Below the pieces are notes generated by a model, which did no database searches, was not told the DNA's origin, and saw nothing but the letters and a program-made list of their open reading frames with translations. This document shows, in pieces, positions 1-8,565 of a stretch of DNA of 64,000 nucleotides. Origin of the DNA: a virus (Duplodnaviria > Heunggongvirae > Uroviricota > Caudoviricetes). The position numbers and the translations under genes were made by a program. Each line of letters begins with the position of its first letter. The stretch's first letter is position 1. The stretch is from positions 25,815 through 89,814 of the IMG/VR virus record IMGVR_UViG_3300038492_000581; one strand, 5' to 3'.

Positions 1-335
1 TTTTCTACTTCATCACGAATTTCCACGCCCTTAGAAGGGTCTTGGGAGGAGCCTTCGAATCCATCCCAATCTTCGTGTTGAGAGATAACGCTGGCTTTGT
101 TATTTGTACGATTTATGAGATGTTGGATTTTTCGTTTGATCGCAGGTATTGCAAAAGTGGAGAATTTGACTCCATAAGAAGCATTATATCGTTCGTCAGC
201 TTCGTATAGTGCATACCAAGCTTCTTGTTCTATGTCGTCTCGATTTATCAAGGCTCCACGACAAAGATGTTGATTTTCAGCTCCGAGATTTTTGACAAAG
301 TTAATCCACTTGTTCGGTTCGAAATTCTTCGGCAT
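1..335 (-). CDS. sigma-70 family factor-like protein, 5' part only. The gene runs off the window start.
   Basis: Minus-strand ATG at 335. The translation MPKNFEPNKW...EAWYALYEADERYNASYGVKFSTFAIPAIKRKIQHLI has no stops and carries a sigma region 2-like motif (compare KFSTYATWWIRQAI). It is not in the ORF track because it is truncated. Confidence 0.45.
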   Translation of the reverse strand, partial: MPKNFEPNKWINFVKNLGAENQHLCRGALINRDDIEQEAWYALYEADERYNASYGVKFSTFAIPAIKRKIQHLINRTNNKASVISQHEDWDGFEGSSQDPSKGVEIRDEVE

Positions 336-738
336 GTTTTGTCTCGTATTCGATTTGTGCGAGCATGATGCCCATCCAAAATTCTTTGCTGCCTGCGTCA
401 AGATTATTCCATACTGGAATCAAGAAGGGATTGCCGATATCCCCTCCAGGAATGACTTCGTTGCTAACATTAATTTCTGGGTGATTGTAGAGCACTTTGC
501 CATTGAGGTCAGTAACTATGAGTTTGGCTATAGCGGGCGACTGTTTATCGCTTAGTAACCAAACAAAGTTGAGAAATTCGTCTCCCCGTATCTTCTTTTT
601 GATGGTACCCGAAGCACCCCTCGGAAGATAGTGAACAATAATACTTTCACTCTGCGAGATGTTGGACTTGAAAGTTTGGCGTAAATCTGCCCAGTTTACG
701 TTAATGGCCATTTTAGTCCTCCTTACTCTCCAATACAC
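301..738 (-). CDS. hypothetical protein
   Basis: 145 aa track ORF whose start overlaps the stop of the downstream SbcC-like gene. No recognisable motif. Confidence 0.45.
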   Translation of the reverse strand: MYWRVRRTKMAINVNWADLRQTFKSNISQSESIIVHYLPRGASGTIKKKIRGDEFLNFVWLLSDKQSPAIAKLIVTDLNGKVLYNHPEINVSNEVIPGGDIGNPFLIPVWNNLDAGSKEFWMGIMLAQIEYETKHAEEFRTEQVD

Positions 739-2003
739 TAATTGGCAACAACTTCCCCCTCCTCGATGTAGACTCCTAACTCTCCACTACTGTCTACAAC
801 TTCCAGCCAGACTTGATAATCTTTTTCTTTTGCCATGTCTCTCACTACTCGAAAGTTATCTTCGTCAAGTAGAGATGCGTCTTTAATTCTGATGACTCGA
901 AGACCTGGGTTTGACGCCATAGCAATGGCCATAGACACCTTCAGCTTTTCCGCCATTGAGGCTTGCACGAATGGGATCTCATTGAGCAACACTCCGTCTT
1001 CTGTAACCTCAAGACCTTCAATGGGTAGCTTGGCATTTTCGATAGCCTCCCGCTTCTCAAGATCGGCAAGCTCCATGCGGGCTTCGCACCTCTTAATCGA
1101 TGTTTCTACTTGGTCAAGGGATTCTTTTGTGGCACGATATGAAGCGTTATTGCGTGCTCTTCTATTGAGATCGTCGATGCCGGCAATCTTGTCTTCAATA
1201 TCCGTCGTATCAATCGGATCGGGAGTTTCGGCAAGCAATTCTTGAGCAGCTTCAAGCCTCAGTTTCGTAGAGGCCAACTGCTCTTCCAGCTTTTTGATAG
1301 CCTCCTTCTCCTCCAAGACAGCTCCTTTAGTTCTTGCATAGAGGGAATTTTGTTTTTTGGCGGCATCAAGCTCTGCAAGTAGGTCGCCGGCTCGAACTTC
1401 TTCGATAGGATCTTCTGCGGTCGGAGGCGTCATAGTTCCAAGCACACCAGACAAACGCTTCTTCTCCTTATTGAGTTCGGTGCGTTCGTTATAGGCGGTT
1501 TTTCGTGCGGCATCAAATTGGGTAATACTTGTACCAGTAATTGACTCAACGAGCTTTGCGATTTGTTGACACTGTTTATCCTCTTTCATTTCGGCAAATT
1601 CGAGAGGATCAAACGTTAGGTCGCCGATCATGTTGTTGATAAGCGTCTGAGGACTACTTTTCTTGTCACCATTAGCATCGGTAATTGTGAGAGATGTAGT
1701 GATCTTGCCGTCTTCATTCTCTTTGAATGTTCTTTTTAGAATATACTTAGGAGTTCTGATTTCGTCGTCAGAAATCTCCATTTCAATGTATCCTCGGCTT
1801 TCTCCGCTTCTAATAGGTCTTGGAGTTTCTTTTGTTGCCTGCTTCCATTGAGCGACTGCCCAAATAGCATCGAGTAGCGAACTCTTCCCGTTGGCATTTT
1901 TGCCGGAAACAAGTTGACAAGTTTCATCTGGCTCAATATCAAAGACTTTCATTCTTTTAAAGTTTTCGCCAGCCAGCCTGATGATTTTAAAGTTGCCGTT
2001 CAT
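738..2003 (-). CDS. SbcC/Rad50-like recombination ATPase (T4 gp46-like)
   Basis: N-terminal Walker A LVSGKNANGKSSLLDAI, a long coiled-coil middle and C-terminal LRVIRIKDASLLDEDN (Walker B/D-loop). The track ORF extends to 2072; the likely start is MNGNFKII at 2003. Confidence 0.7.
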   Translation of the reverse strand: MNGNFKIIRLAGENFKRMKVFDIEPDETCQLVSGKNANGKSSLLDAIWAVAQWKQATKETPRPIRSGESRGYIEMEISDDEIRTPKYILKRTFKENEDGKITTSLTITDANGDKKSSPQTLINNMIGDLTFDPLEFAEMKEDKQCQQIAKLVESITGTSITQFDAARKTAYNERTELNKEKKRLSGVLGTMTPPTAEDPIEEVRAGDLLAELDAAKKQNSLYARTKGAVLEEKEAIKKLEEQLASTKLRLEAAQELLAETPDPIDTTDIEDKIAGIDDLNRRARNNASYRATKESLDQVETSIKRCEARMELADLEKREAIENAKLPIEGLEVTEDGVLLNEIPFVQASMAEKLKVSMAIAMASNPGLRVIRIKDASLLDEDNFRVVRDMAKEKDYQVWLEVVDSSGELGVYIEEGEVVAN

Positions 2004-2518
2004 TTCAATTGTCTCCAGGCGAACATACCCACATTGATACGATAAGAAAGTTTGCCACCAAAACCTCCCCACGGAATCTTTTTGCAGTTATCGCGAATGT
2101 ATTCCATGGTAGTTGGAGTTATGATTGCAAATTTCGGATGCGATGTTGACGAACCGATGACCATGAGAATACTCGCTTCTTGCTTAAGATAAGAATCTAC
2201 TTGTCCTACCTTAAGGTGAAAGAATTTGTCAAGCATAGGCTTCGAGAACTTGACTTCTATGAGGCCATACCCCTTGACCTCATAATCCGCATTGGAGTTT
2301 ACCTCATCTGCTTCGAGGTATTCCCCTCTGCCTTTGCCGCAACCAGAGAAAGATGCTTCTATCTTTTCCCCAGTAGTTCTTTCTAAGTAATCAAGCCAGA
2401 GTTTGAAAAGCTTTTGCTCCGTCTTGGAAGTTTCAGCTATATCTTTCTTGAACTCTTTTTTTGACCGCTTATCGAACCTATACGAGTTTCTCTTGTTAGT
2501 CAATGGCGAGCTGCCCAA
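2000..2518 (-). CDS. putative PD-(D/E)xK-type nuclease
   Basis: 172 aa. EADEV...DYEVKGYGLIEVK resembles a D..E.K nuclease core. Weak call. Confidence 0.35.
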   Translation of the reverse strand: MGSSPLTNKRNSYRFDKRSKKEFKKDIAETSKTEQKLFKLWLDYLERTTGEKIEASFSGCGKGRGEYLEADEVNSNADYEVKGYGLIEVKFSKPMLDKFFHLKVGQVDSYLKQEASILMVIGSSTSHPKFAIITPTTMEYIRDNCKKIPWGGFGGKLSYRINVGMFAWRQLK

Positions 2519-3089
2519 ACAATTCTCTGATTCGACACATTACCTTAAAGCAGGCAATGGTATCAAACAACGCACCGTGGTAATTTCCGGTTACATCGCT
2601 CATGTCAACCTTTAAAACCTTGATGGCACGCTCTAAACGCTTTCCGGTCCCAACGTTGGGAAGATCGGCGAACAGCTCCATCGGTGCAAGAGAGTCGATT
2701 TTGTGATATGTGAAGTTAGATTCGAATTGAATCTCGGGGTATGGTCCTTTGAAGTCAAACACATGTTTGCATAGAAATCTGACATCAAAGGCGACATTGT
2801 GGCCGCCGTAGAGTTGGCAACCGTGTTCGACATAACAGTCTGTGAATCGATCGGCGATTTCTGAAACAGGAATTCCTACATCCATACATTGTTCGGCGGA
2901 AATTCCGTGTACTCCGAAAGCTCCGTCGGTGATGACATAGTCATCTACGCTATCAAGCTTTACAAAATCTTCTGCCGCGTGAAGAACTTCTCCGTTGGCC
3001 AAATCTCCAACGACGTAACCCACAGAAAGAAGAGAGTGCATGGACGGATCGAGTCCACCAGTTTCGGTGTCGAATACTTGAATTTTCAT
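2496..3089 (-). CDS. DEDDh 3'-5' exonuclease (DnaQ/epsilon-like)
   Basis: Exo I VFDTETGGL, Exo II GHNVAFDVRFL and Exo III YHGALFDTIA. Confidence 0.75.
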   Translation of the reverse strand: MKIQVFDTETGGLDPSMHSLLSVGYVVGDLANGEVLHAAEDFVKLDSVDDYVITDGAFGVHGISAEQCMDVGIPVSEIADRFTDCYVEHGCQLYGGHNVAFDVRFLCKHVFDFKGPYPEIQFESNFTYHKIDSLAPMELFADLPNVGTGKRLERAIKVLKVDMSDVTGNYHGALFDTIACFKVMCRIRELFGQLAID

Positions 3090-3098
3090 TTCAGCCTC

Positions 3099-3494
3099 CT
3101 ACTGCTGGGCCTGTGGAGGCTGAACGTTGCTGATTTCATTCAGCATGTTCAAAAGGAGTGCAGCCCTGATCGCGAACGAGCCGGGAATCATTGTGTTTCG
3201 TCCAGTGATTACCGAGATAAGGAAACGGCAGTCATCACCTGTTAACTCAATGTTTTTCTTGGTTGGCTCTGGAGAAAGTACGGTATTTTTGGAACCGTTA
3301 TACTGAGTAATATATCGGTCGAGATCATTTTGCGTAGGAAATGTTTGGTTAATTTCTGGCTGGCTTTCGTCTCCCCGGAAGTTTACAAGGAGAATTTTTC
3401 CAGTAAGTTTTACAACCAAATAAGTATTGATACTTCCTTCTTGAGAAGGGAAGTCAATAAAATCACCGTGCTTAATCATAACTATGAACTCCAA
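3099..3494 (-). CDS. hypothetical protein
   Basis: 131 aa ORF in the minus-strand operon context. Confidence 0.4.
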   Translation of the reverse strand: MEFIVMIKHGDFIDFPSQEGSINTYLVVKLTGKILLVNFRGDESQPEINQTFPTQNDLDRYITQYNGSKNTVLSPEPTKKNIELTGDDCRFLISVITGRNTMIPGSFAIRAALLLNMLNEISNVQPPQAQQ

Positions 3495-3659
3495 AAGCCA
3501 AAAATCAAATTACCCCTGAGTATTTATACTGTACAGAGGCGTCAAAGTCAACGAAAAAACCGGGTCGGCAAAAAGTTGTAGAAGTATCCAGATTTTTCGC
3601 TTTAAGGAGATCCCAAGCTCAAAATCTGAAATTCATAAACACCCAGTCAAAAATATTAA

Positions 3660-4388
3660 TCAAGAAATGAAGCCACTGTTTTCTAAGAAAAGTTCGACCT
3701 TCTTCTCAAGATCTTGGATGGTTGAGTTGTTGTGAATGACATATCTGAAGGGATGTTCGTCAAGTGCGGTTTCGGATGGATGGCTATCGCTTTTCAGCGT
3801 CTCCATATCCCTCTCTACTCGAACAACTACACCTTCGCGTGATTCAATAGCCTCAACTTCGTTAGGAAAACGAGTATCGGTTACAAGAACAAGATCAATG
3901 CCTTCCCAATCTTGACGAAACGGAGCCTCAGCCCACACCTCAGAGTAAACTTGTTCGCGGAAAATATCGGTGCCCATTACTTGGAGCAGTTCTCGGTGAG
4001 TCATTAGCCCTGTTCGGGCTACAGATAAATCTTCCTTATCACCGGGTAGCCCAGGAATACCGGGTAATCTTTGTGTATTCGAATACTTAAGACGAATTTC
4101 CATAGGTAGACCATCCCATGGAATATGAGTGAGAGATTCTTTGTCTTGGTTGGCCCCATATACTTTGTTTGGGTCCAACCCAAACACATTGATGCACATA
4201 TCTTTTAGAGTCTCTGCAAAGGCATATTCAGCGACGGTATAACCGCGGGACTCCAATAATTCTGTAGCTATATTTGCCGAAAGATTCTTCCCACGTTGTT
4301 TTTTCCCTGAAAAGCCAATGAATCTTGTCATATTAATCCTTCCAATTTCTTGGTACTGGGATAAATTTGCCAGCCACTTTTTCGACAA
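3660..4388 (-). CDS. deoxynucleoside monophosphate kinase (T4 gp1-like)
   Basis: P-loop IGFSGKKQRGK. LQVMGTDIF and VTDTRFPNEVEAI resemble T4 Dnk LMQALGTDLI and VPDTRQDHE. Confidence 0.55.
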   Translation of the reverse strand: MSKKWLANLSQYQEIGRINMTRFIGFSGKKQRGKNLSANIATELLESRGYTVAEYAFAETLKDMCINVFGLDPNKVYGANQDKESLTHIPWDGLPMEIRLKYSNTQRLPGIPGLPGDKEDLSVARTGLMTHRELLQVMGTDIFREQVYSEVWAEAPFRQDWEGIDLVLVTDTRFPNEVEAIESREGVVVRVERDMETLKSDSHPSETALDEHPFRYVIHNNSTIQDLEKKVELFLENSGFIS

Positions 4389-4821
4389 CCCCTTTTTTCA
4401 ATAGGTTACGCAAAGTTCGCTTGGCAATTTTGCTGTTAGAAACATTCCATCCCCAACTATGATCATTCCATACGAACATATGATCTTCTTTTATATGTCG
4501 CAACCAAAGTATAGTGAGAATGCTTGCTTCTTCCTCTTCTCTCTGAGCGTTCTCATCATTCAATAGGACTGGTGCTCCACTACTTATGTCAGGCGAATCT
4601 CCTAAGCCAAACTCCGGGGTTTTCCGTCGAGTAGGGGAAGCTACTTGAAAGTGGCAAATGTCATGCAATACAGAGTGACCATCGTACCATGAACGATCCA
4701 TGTTTCGTGTATGTATGTATTTGCCATCCCAACTATATTTCTCTCGTTCTTCTTTTAGAGGTAAAGATAGTTGTTTGGCGATGCATCTTACCTTTCTTGC
4801 AAGAGATTTAGCATCCTGCAT
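4333..4821 (-). CDS. hypothetical protein
   Basis: 162 aa ORF. Confidence 0.4.
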   Translation of the reverse strand: MQDAKSLARKVRCIAKQLSLPLKEEREKYSWDGKYIHTRNMDRSWYDGHSVLHDICHFQVASPTRRKTPEFGLGDSPDISSGAPVLLNDENAQREEEEASILTILWLRHIKEDHMFVWNDHSWGWNVSNSKIAKRTLRNLLKKGVVEKVAGKFIPVPRNWKD

Positions 4822-5072
4822 TAAAATTTGTCCTTAGAATATTCAGATACTTTGCCTTCCCAAACAATAGACGATTGCCCGATGTTCCACACACGAACTT
4901 CCTGATCATGACGAGTTCCATATTTTAAGTAAGACTTATGATGACCAATGGCACCCTTCGCACTACTCAATCTATGAAATGTCTTGTAGAACTTCCACTC
5001 TCCATCGCTCTTTACAAGAAGGGCGTAAAAGTTGTCTGGAATCTCTTTGAGTTGATATCTGGCAAAAGACAT
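4821..5072 (-). CDS. hypothetical protein
   Basis: 83 aa ORF, start/stop coupled to its neighbours. Confidence 0.35.
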   Translation of the reverse strand: MSFARYQLKEIPDNFYALLVKSDGEWKFYKTFHRLSSAKGAIGHHKSYLKYGTRHDQEVRVWNIGQSSIVWEGKVSEYSKDKF

Positions 5073-5734
5073 TAAACTCCGCCTCCCAGCTCGTAAAAAC
5101 GATGCATGAATGCACGACGTATAGCATCAAAATCTGTTCCGTGAGCTTGGCAACCGGACGGACTGGTTAAGGCATCATCGACCGCGACAGTAACACGATC
5201 GTAATCTTGGGATACAGCATAATCCTTAACCCAGTCATGCTTTCGCACGAACAGTTCCTTTGCTTCGTGTATCAAGCAATCTGTATCGGCACGATGAACC
5301 AGTTCAGACATGGGCCATACAAGATTAAATTTTTCAAAGATGATTTCTTGCAATCGCTCTTCTGCCGCCTGGACGTTTTCAAACTCTCTTTTTATGGGGC
5401 TTGGTATGTCCGAAAGATAAGCCTCAGAGGCATCATGCATCAGTCCTTGAAGTTGCTCTTGTTCGGTGCCGCCCATGTGCTTGATGCGGTTTGAAACTTG
5501 GATGGAGTGGGCACCGACCGAATAAAAGGTGCGGATTTGTCCATTCCATCGGGCGATCATTGGTAATGCGTGAGCGATATCATTGATATCAATCATCTCG
5601 GGCGAAGCGTTAAAGATATTGACCATTTTGCCCGAGAAGGTTTGAATGGAGGGATTAGGAATCTTCTTGTCCATCTTCGGCAAGCTCCCTGATTGTTTCT
5701 TTCCACGTTTGTTCGACAATATCCTTACTGTCAA
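5072..5734 (-). CDS. HD-domain phosphohydrolase (YfbR-like 5'-deoxynucleotidase)
   Basis: HD motif H...LMHDASEAYLSDIPSPIK. Overlaps the next ORF, so the true start may be the internal MDKK at about 5674. Confidence 0.5.
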   Translation of the reverse strand: MTVRILSNKRGKKQSGSLPKMDKKIPNPSIQTFSGKMVNIFNASPEMIDINDIAHALPMIARWNGQIRTFYSVGAHSIQVSNRIKHMGGTEQEQLQGLMHDASEAYLSDIPSPIKREFENVQAAEERLQEIIFEKFNLVWPMSELVHRADTDCLIHEAKELFVRKHDWVKDYAVSQDYDRVTVAVDDALTSPSGCQAHGTDFDAIRRAFMHRFYELGGGV

Positions 5735-6719
5735 GAAGTCCGAACATCATGCCCCAGTACCCTGATGGAATGTTGGATTGAATCCATAACGCTACGTCTT
5801 TTCGGCTGTCAAAATTTCCTGGTATTGCGTCAAAATATTCGTACGCTCGGTAATTAACGATATCGTAGACTTGCTGAATGCGTGCTCTAATATCATCAAA
5901 ACCCTTTTGAAGCTCTTTGGGTAACGCCGAAATATGTACTCCATAATCCCCTTCACGCATCAGGGCCATAACGCCCTTGACGCTCATGTGCTCCAGGAGA
6001 CGGTGTGCTTTGACGTACCGAGGGTCTTTGGCTTTCACGCGTTTGCCGTTTTCAAAACGTATTACGTAGCCTTCACGTAAATCTTCCTCGAAGGGTATCT
6101 CTGTATCTCTGTCCAATTCAAATTGGAACTGCCGCGGACGACGAAATCCACATCGATTGGCGTAATCTGTTACTCTTTGGTGTGGCCACTCTTCGCCATC
6201 ATGCTCGAAGATGGCGAGCAAAGTTAGAAACTCTTCTTTGTCGTAATCTACAACGACTCGATTATCTGGATAGACAATCTCGAAAATTGGAGTAACTCTA
6301 TCTGGCAATAGTTCTGGGGCATACCTCATGCTATTAAGCATCTCGGTGCCCTTAATAGCTTGATCGCTTACAAAGCTGCCTGGCGTAGCAAGATGCCATT
6401 TACCATTCTTTTGATATCCATTACCGCAAGAACCATCCAGTTTTTCCCAAATAGTATAGCCCTTTGACCAGGGTAAATACTTAGGTTGGGTGCTGGGGCG
6501 TTCGCCGATATTGAAGAACTTGATAAATGGTCGAGCAACAACTTCTCCGCTATCTTTCATGATAAGCCCGCGAGCTTGCATGTTCCACTTGTTCCAAGCA
6601 TTCTTTTGTACGCAATTCTGGGTGTACTTAAACAAGTACATGTCATCAAGCTCAGACCGGTTTACATTGCCGGCGTCAACTTCTCGGTTTAGTTGTTTCC
6701 AAAGATTGTGATCTATCAC
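5655..6719 (-). CDS. RNA ligase, T4 Rnl1 (RnlA)-like
   Basis: ARGLIMKD, PFIKFFNIGERP and the KxDG motif IWEKLDGS align with T4 Rnl1 CRGIMF, PMEKFFNLNENP and KEDGSL. Confidence 0.7.
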   Translation of the reverse strand: MIDHNLWKQLNREVDAGNVNRSELDDMYLFKYTQNCVQKNAWNKWNMQARGLIMKDSGEVVARPFIKFFNIGERPSTQPKYLPWSKGYTIWEKLDGSCGNGYQKNGKWHLATPGSFVSDQAIKGTEMLNSMRYAPELLPDRVTPIFEIVYPDNRVVVDYDKEEFLTLLAIFEHDGEEWPHQRVTDYANRCGFRRPRQFQFELDRDTEIPFEEDLREGYVIRFENGKRVKAKDPRYVKAHRLLEHMSVKGVMALMREGDYGVHISALPKELQKGFDDIRARIQQVYDIVNYRAYEYFDAIPGNFDSRKDVALWIQSNIPSGYWGMMFGLLDSKDIVEQTWKETIRELAEDGQEDS

Positions 6720-7477
6720 GACTTGTTCCGCACCATTTTCAACATTGAATCGAAATCGTTGTATTCAAATTCTACGAGGCTTTGTCCATTCCATACCTCT
6801 TGCATGTTTGCTCGCAGTGTCGGATCATTAATGAAAAACCAACCCTGTCGATTTCGAGGGAGCAGTTCTTCCCAAGTATCTTTGCCATAATGATCTCTGT
6901 CTTCTTCGTTGGATACTTGGTAGTTAATCATATCCTTCATTTCGGAGACAGATTTTCCGTGCAGCTCTCTGTGCGAAAACATCGATCTCGCATACATTGA
7001 GACCGAGTTTCTGGTTGCGTCTCTCCAACGCCACAAAAAATAGTTTCCAACATCTTCCCAAGGCATGTTCCAGCAACGAGCATCAAACATGGCGGGATTT
7101 TCGATTGGGCGGAGAGAATCTTGGTTAAGCAGGCTCGAATTAAATGCTGCGGTTGCTACAGACGATGCAATACTGCAAATCTTCTGCACCTTGCCGCCGA
7201 ACCAAGGCTGACTTTGAGTACGTGCATCTGTTTGAAGGACAATGCTGAATTCATCCGACTGCACGTACCCAAAGATGGCACCCTGAGCTTCTTGCATTAA
7301 AGCTCTGGCAACATCATTCATGCCCCTATTAATCTTCGAATCAAAACAGTGCATGCCTTTTGTATAGTTGTGAAATGATCTGCCGTCCACCCGGATTAAG
7401 ATGGGCATACGAGGAACCAGCACAGACGAGTTGGCCGATTCATACGACTTCATTCTATCGCCGAGAGCGTCTTTCAT
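6716..7477 (-). CDS. Thg1-like protein (tRNA-His guanylyltransferase family)
   Basis: RVDGRSFHNYTK and FGYVQSDEFSIVL match the Thg1 signatures RLDGRxFxxF and YxQSDEhS. The track start at 7555 overlaps the upstream gene; the internal MKDALGDRMKSYE start at 7477 is preferred. Confidence 0.65.
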   Translation of the reverse strand: MKDALGDRMKSYESANSSVLVPRMPILIRVDGRSFHNYTKGMHCFDSKINRGMNDVARALMQEAQGAIFGYVQSDEFSIVLQTDARTQSQPWFGGKVQKICSIASSVATAAFNSSLLNQDSLRPIENPAMFDARCWNMPWEDVGNYFLWRWRDATRNSVSMYARSMFSHRELHGKSVSEMKDMINYQVSNEEDRDHYGKDTWEELLPRNRQGWFFINDPTLRANMQEVWNGQSLVEFEYNDFDSMLKMVRNKS

Positions 7478-8132
7478 TACTCTTCTTCTTTCCCATACCG
7501 GCATCATCGATATAACGGACAATAATCTGGTCGATTTTTTCTCCCTCGCCGCCAAGCTCGTTCATGGCGTGATGAATTTGTGCAAGTAAATTCCTCTGAG
7601 GATAGGGCTTATTGATGAACTCCGGTCCGCGACCCTGGGCATCTGCCTGTGAAATTAGGCCCACCGAAGCTTGATATTGACCAAGATTACGAATTAGCCT
7701 GACGCGTGTGATAGTCTTCAGTTCATTCAGTTTGTGTACTAAGAGATGGTACTTGGAAGCTCGCCAGGCTGTTTCTCGAAACGAATCTGGTGCATTAAAA
7801 GCATCGCATAACTTATGTACAAGAGGTACGCCCAAACTTTCGTGGTCGTAGTGATGCGGGAGATTATCGTCGGGAGTAACGGCTTTGCCGAGGTCATGAC
7901 ACATTGCCCCGAACACCTCTTGAGGGTCACCACCCAGTTCAACAGCACGGTCGACTACCAGGTACGTATGTACGAATGCATCGCCTTCTGGATGCCATTT
8001 GGGAGGCTGTAGCCGCCCTTTTAGATTGTATACCCAAGGGAGATGTTTCTCCATGTCTTCATCTGACATATTACGGAGAAAATCTCCCCCCTGAGTGGTC
8101 AATCCATCAATCAGTTTGTTAAATTCCATCAC
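7455..8132 (-). CDS. HD-domain protein resembling the C-terminal HD (phosphatase/2',3'-cyclic phosphodiesterase) domain of bacterial CCA-adding enzyme
   Basis: KWHPEGDAFVHT...MCHDLGKA resembles the CCA-enzyme HD-domain HPEIDTGIHT...HDIGK, as recalled from memory. Confidence 0.45.
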   Translation of the reverse strand: MMEFNKLIDGLTTQGGDFLRNMSDEDMEKHLPWVYNLKGRLQPPKWHPEGDAFVHTYLVVDRAVELGGDPQEVFGAMCHDLGKAVTPDDNLPHHYDHESLGVPLVHKLCDAFNAPDSFRETAWRASKYHLLVHKLNELKTITRVRLIRNLGQYQASVGLISQADAQGRGPEFINKPYPQRNLLAQIHHAMNELGGEGEKIDQIIVRYIDDAGMGKKKSNERRSRR

Positions 8133-8161
8133 GATCCTCGTGATTAACAGCTTGCCGGACT

Positions 8162-8563
8162 TCAGCCTTTATTGCTGTTGTTAACTTGTGCAGCAGCTTG
8201 GCGTGCAATATCTACGATACGATCAAGCCGCTCATTTGTTGACGAACTTGTGCCGAAGAAGTCGTTATCATCTTCCACAAAGTTTCCGGTGCCATCGTCA
8301 ATCATAGGCTTGAACATCTGGCGAAAAGCACTCATCAGATCATGAGCGTCACCATTAACTTGGCCGATGTTGAAGAAGTAACCATTGCTACGGGCTTTGT
8401 CGAGGCGAGCCCGCAGAATCTTATTCACAGTGCGTCTATCGTGATTGGGGTTCAGGCGACCATGGCGAAACGCCACAGCAAACACTCCCTCGCCGCTTTC
8501 ATTGATGCTGGTGGCTACCGAGATGCCGGCCACTGGTCGATGAGAAAACAGGACTTTCGTCAT
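8162..8563 (-). CDS. hypothetical protein
   Basis: 133 aa ORF. Confidence 0.4.
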   Translation of the reverse strand: MTKVLFSHRPVAGISVATSINESGEGVFAVAFRHGRLNPNHDRRTVNKILRARLDKARSNGYFFNIGQVNGDAHDLMSAFRQMFKPMIDDGTGNFVEDDNDFFGTSSSTNERLDRIVDIARQAAAQVNNSNKG

Positions 8564-8565
8564 TT

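Noticed and set aside
292-555. 87-aa plus-strand ORF at the window start
   Set aside because: Antisense to the 301..738 minus-strand gene and to the sigma-like partial gene.
835-1245. 136-aa plus-strand ORF inside the SbcC-like gene
   Set aside because: Antisense to a well-supported ATPase gene. Ser/Ala-rich, low-complexity translation.
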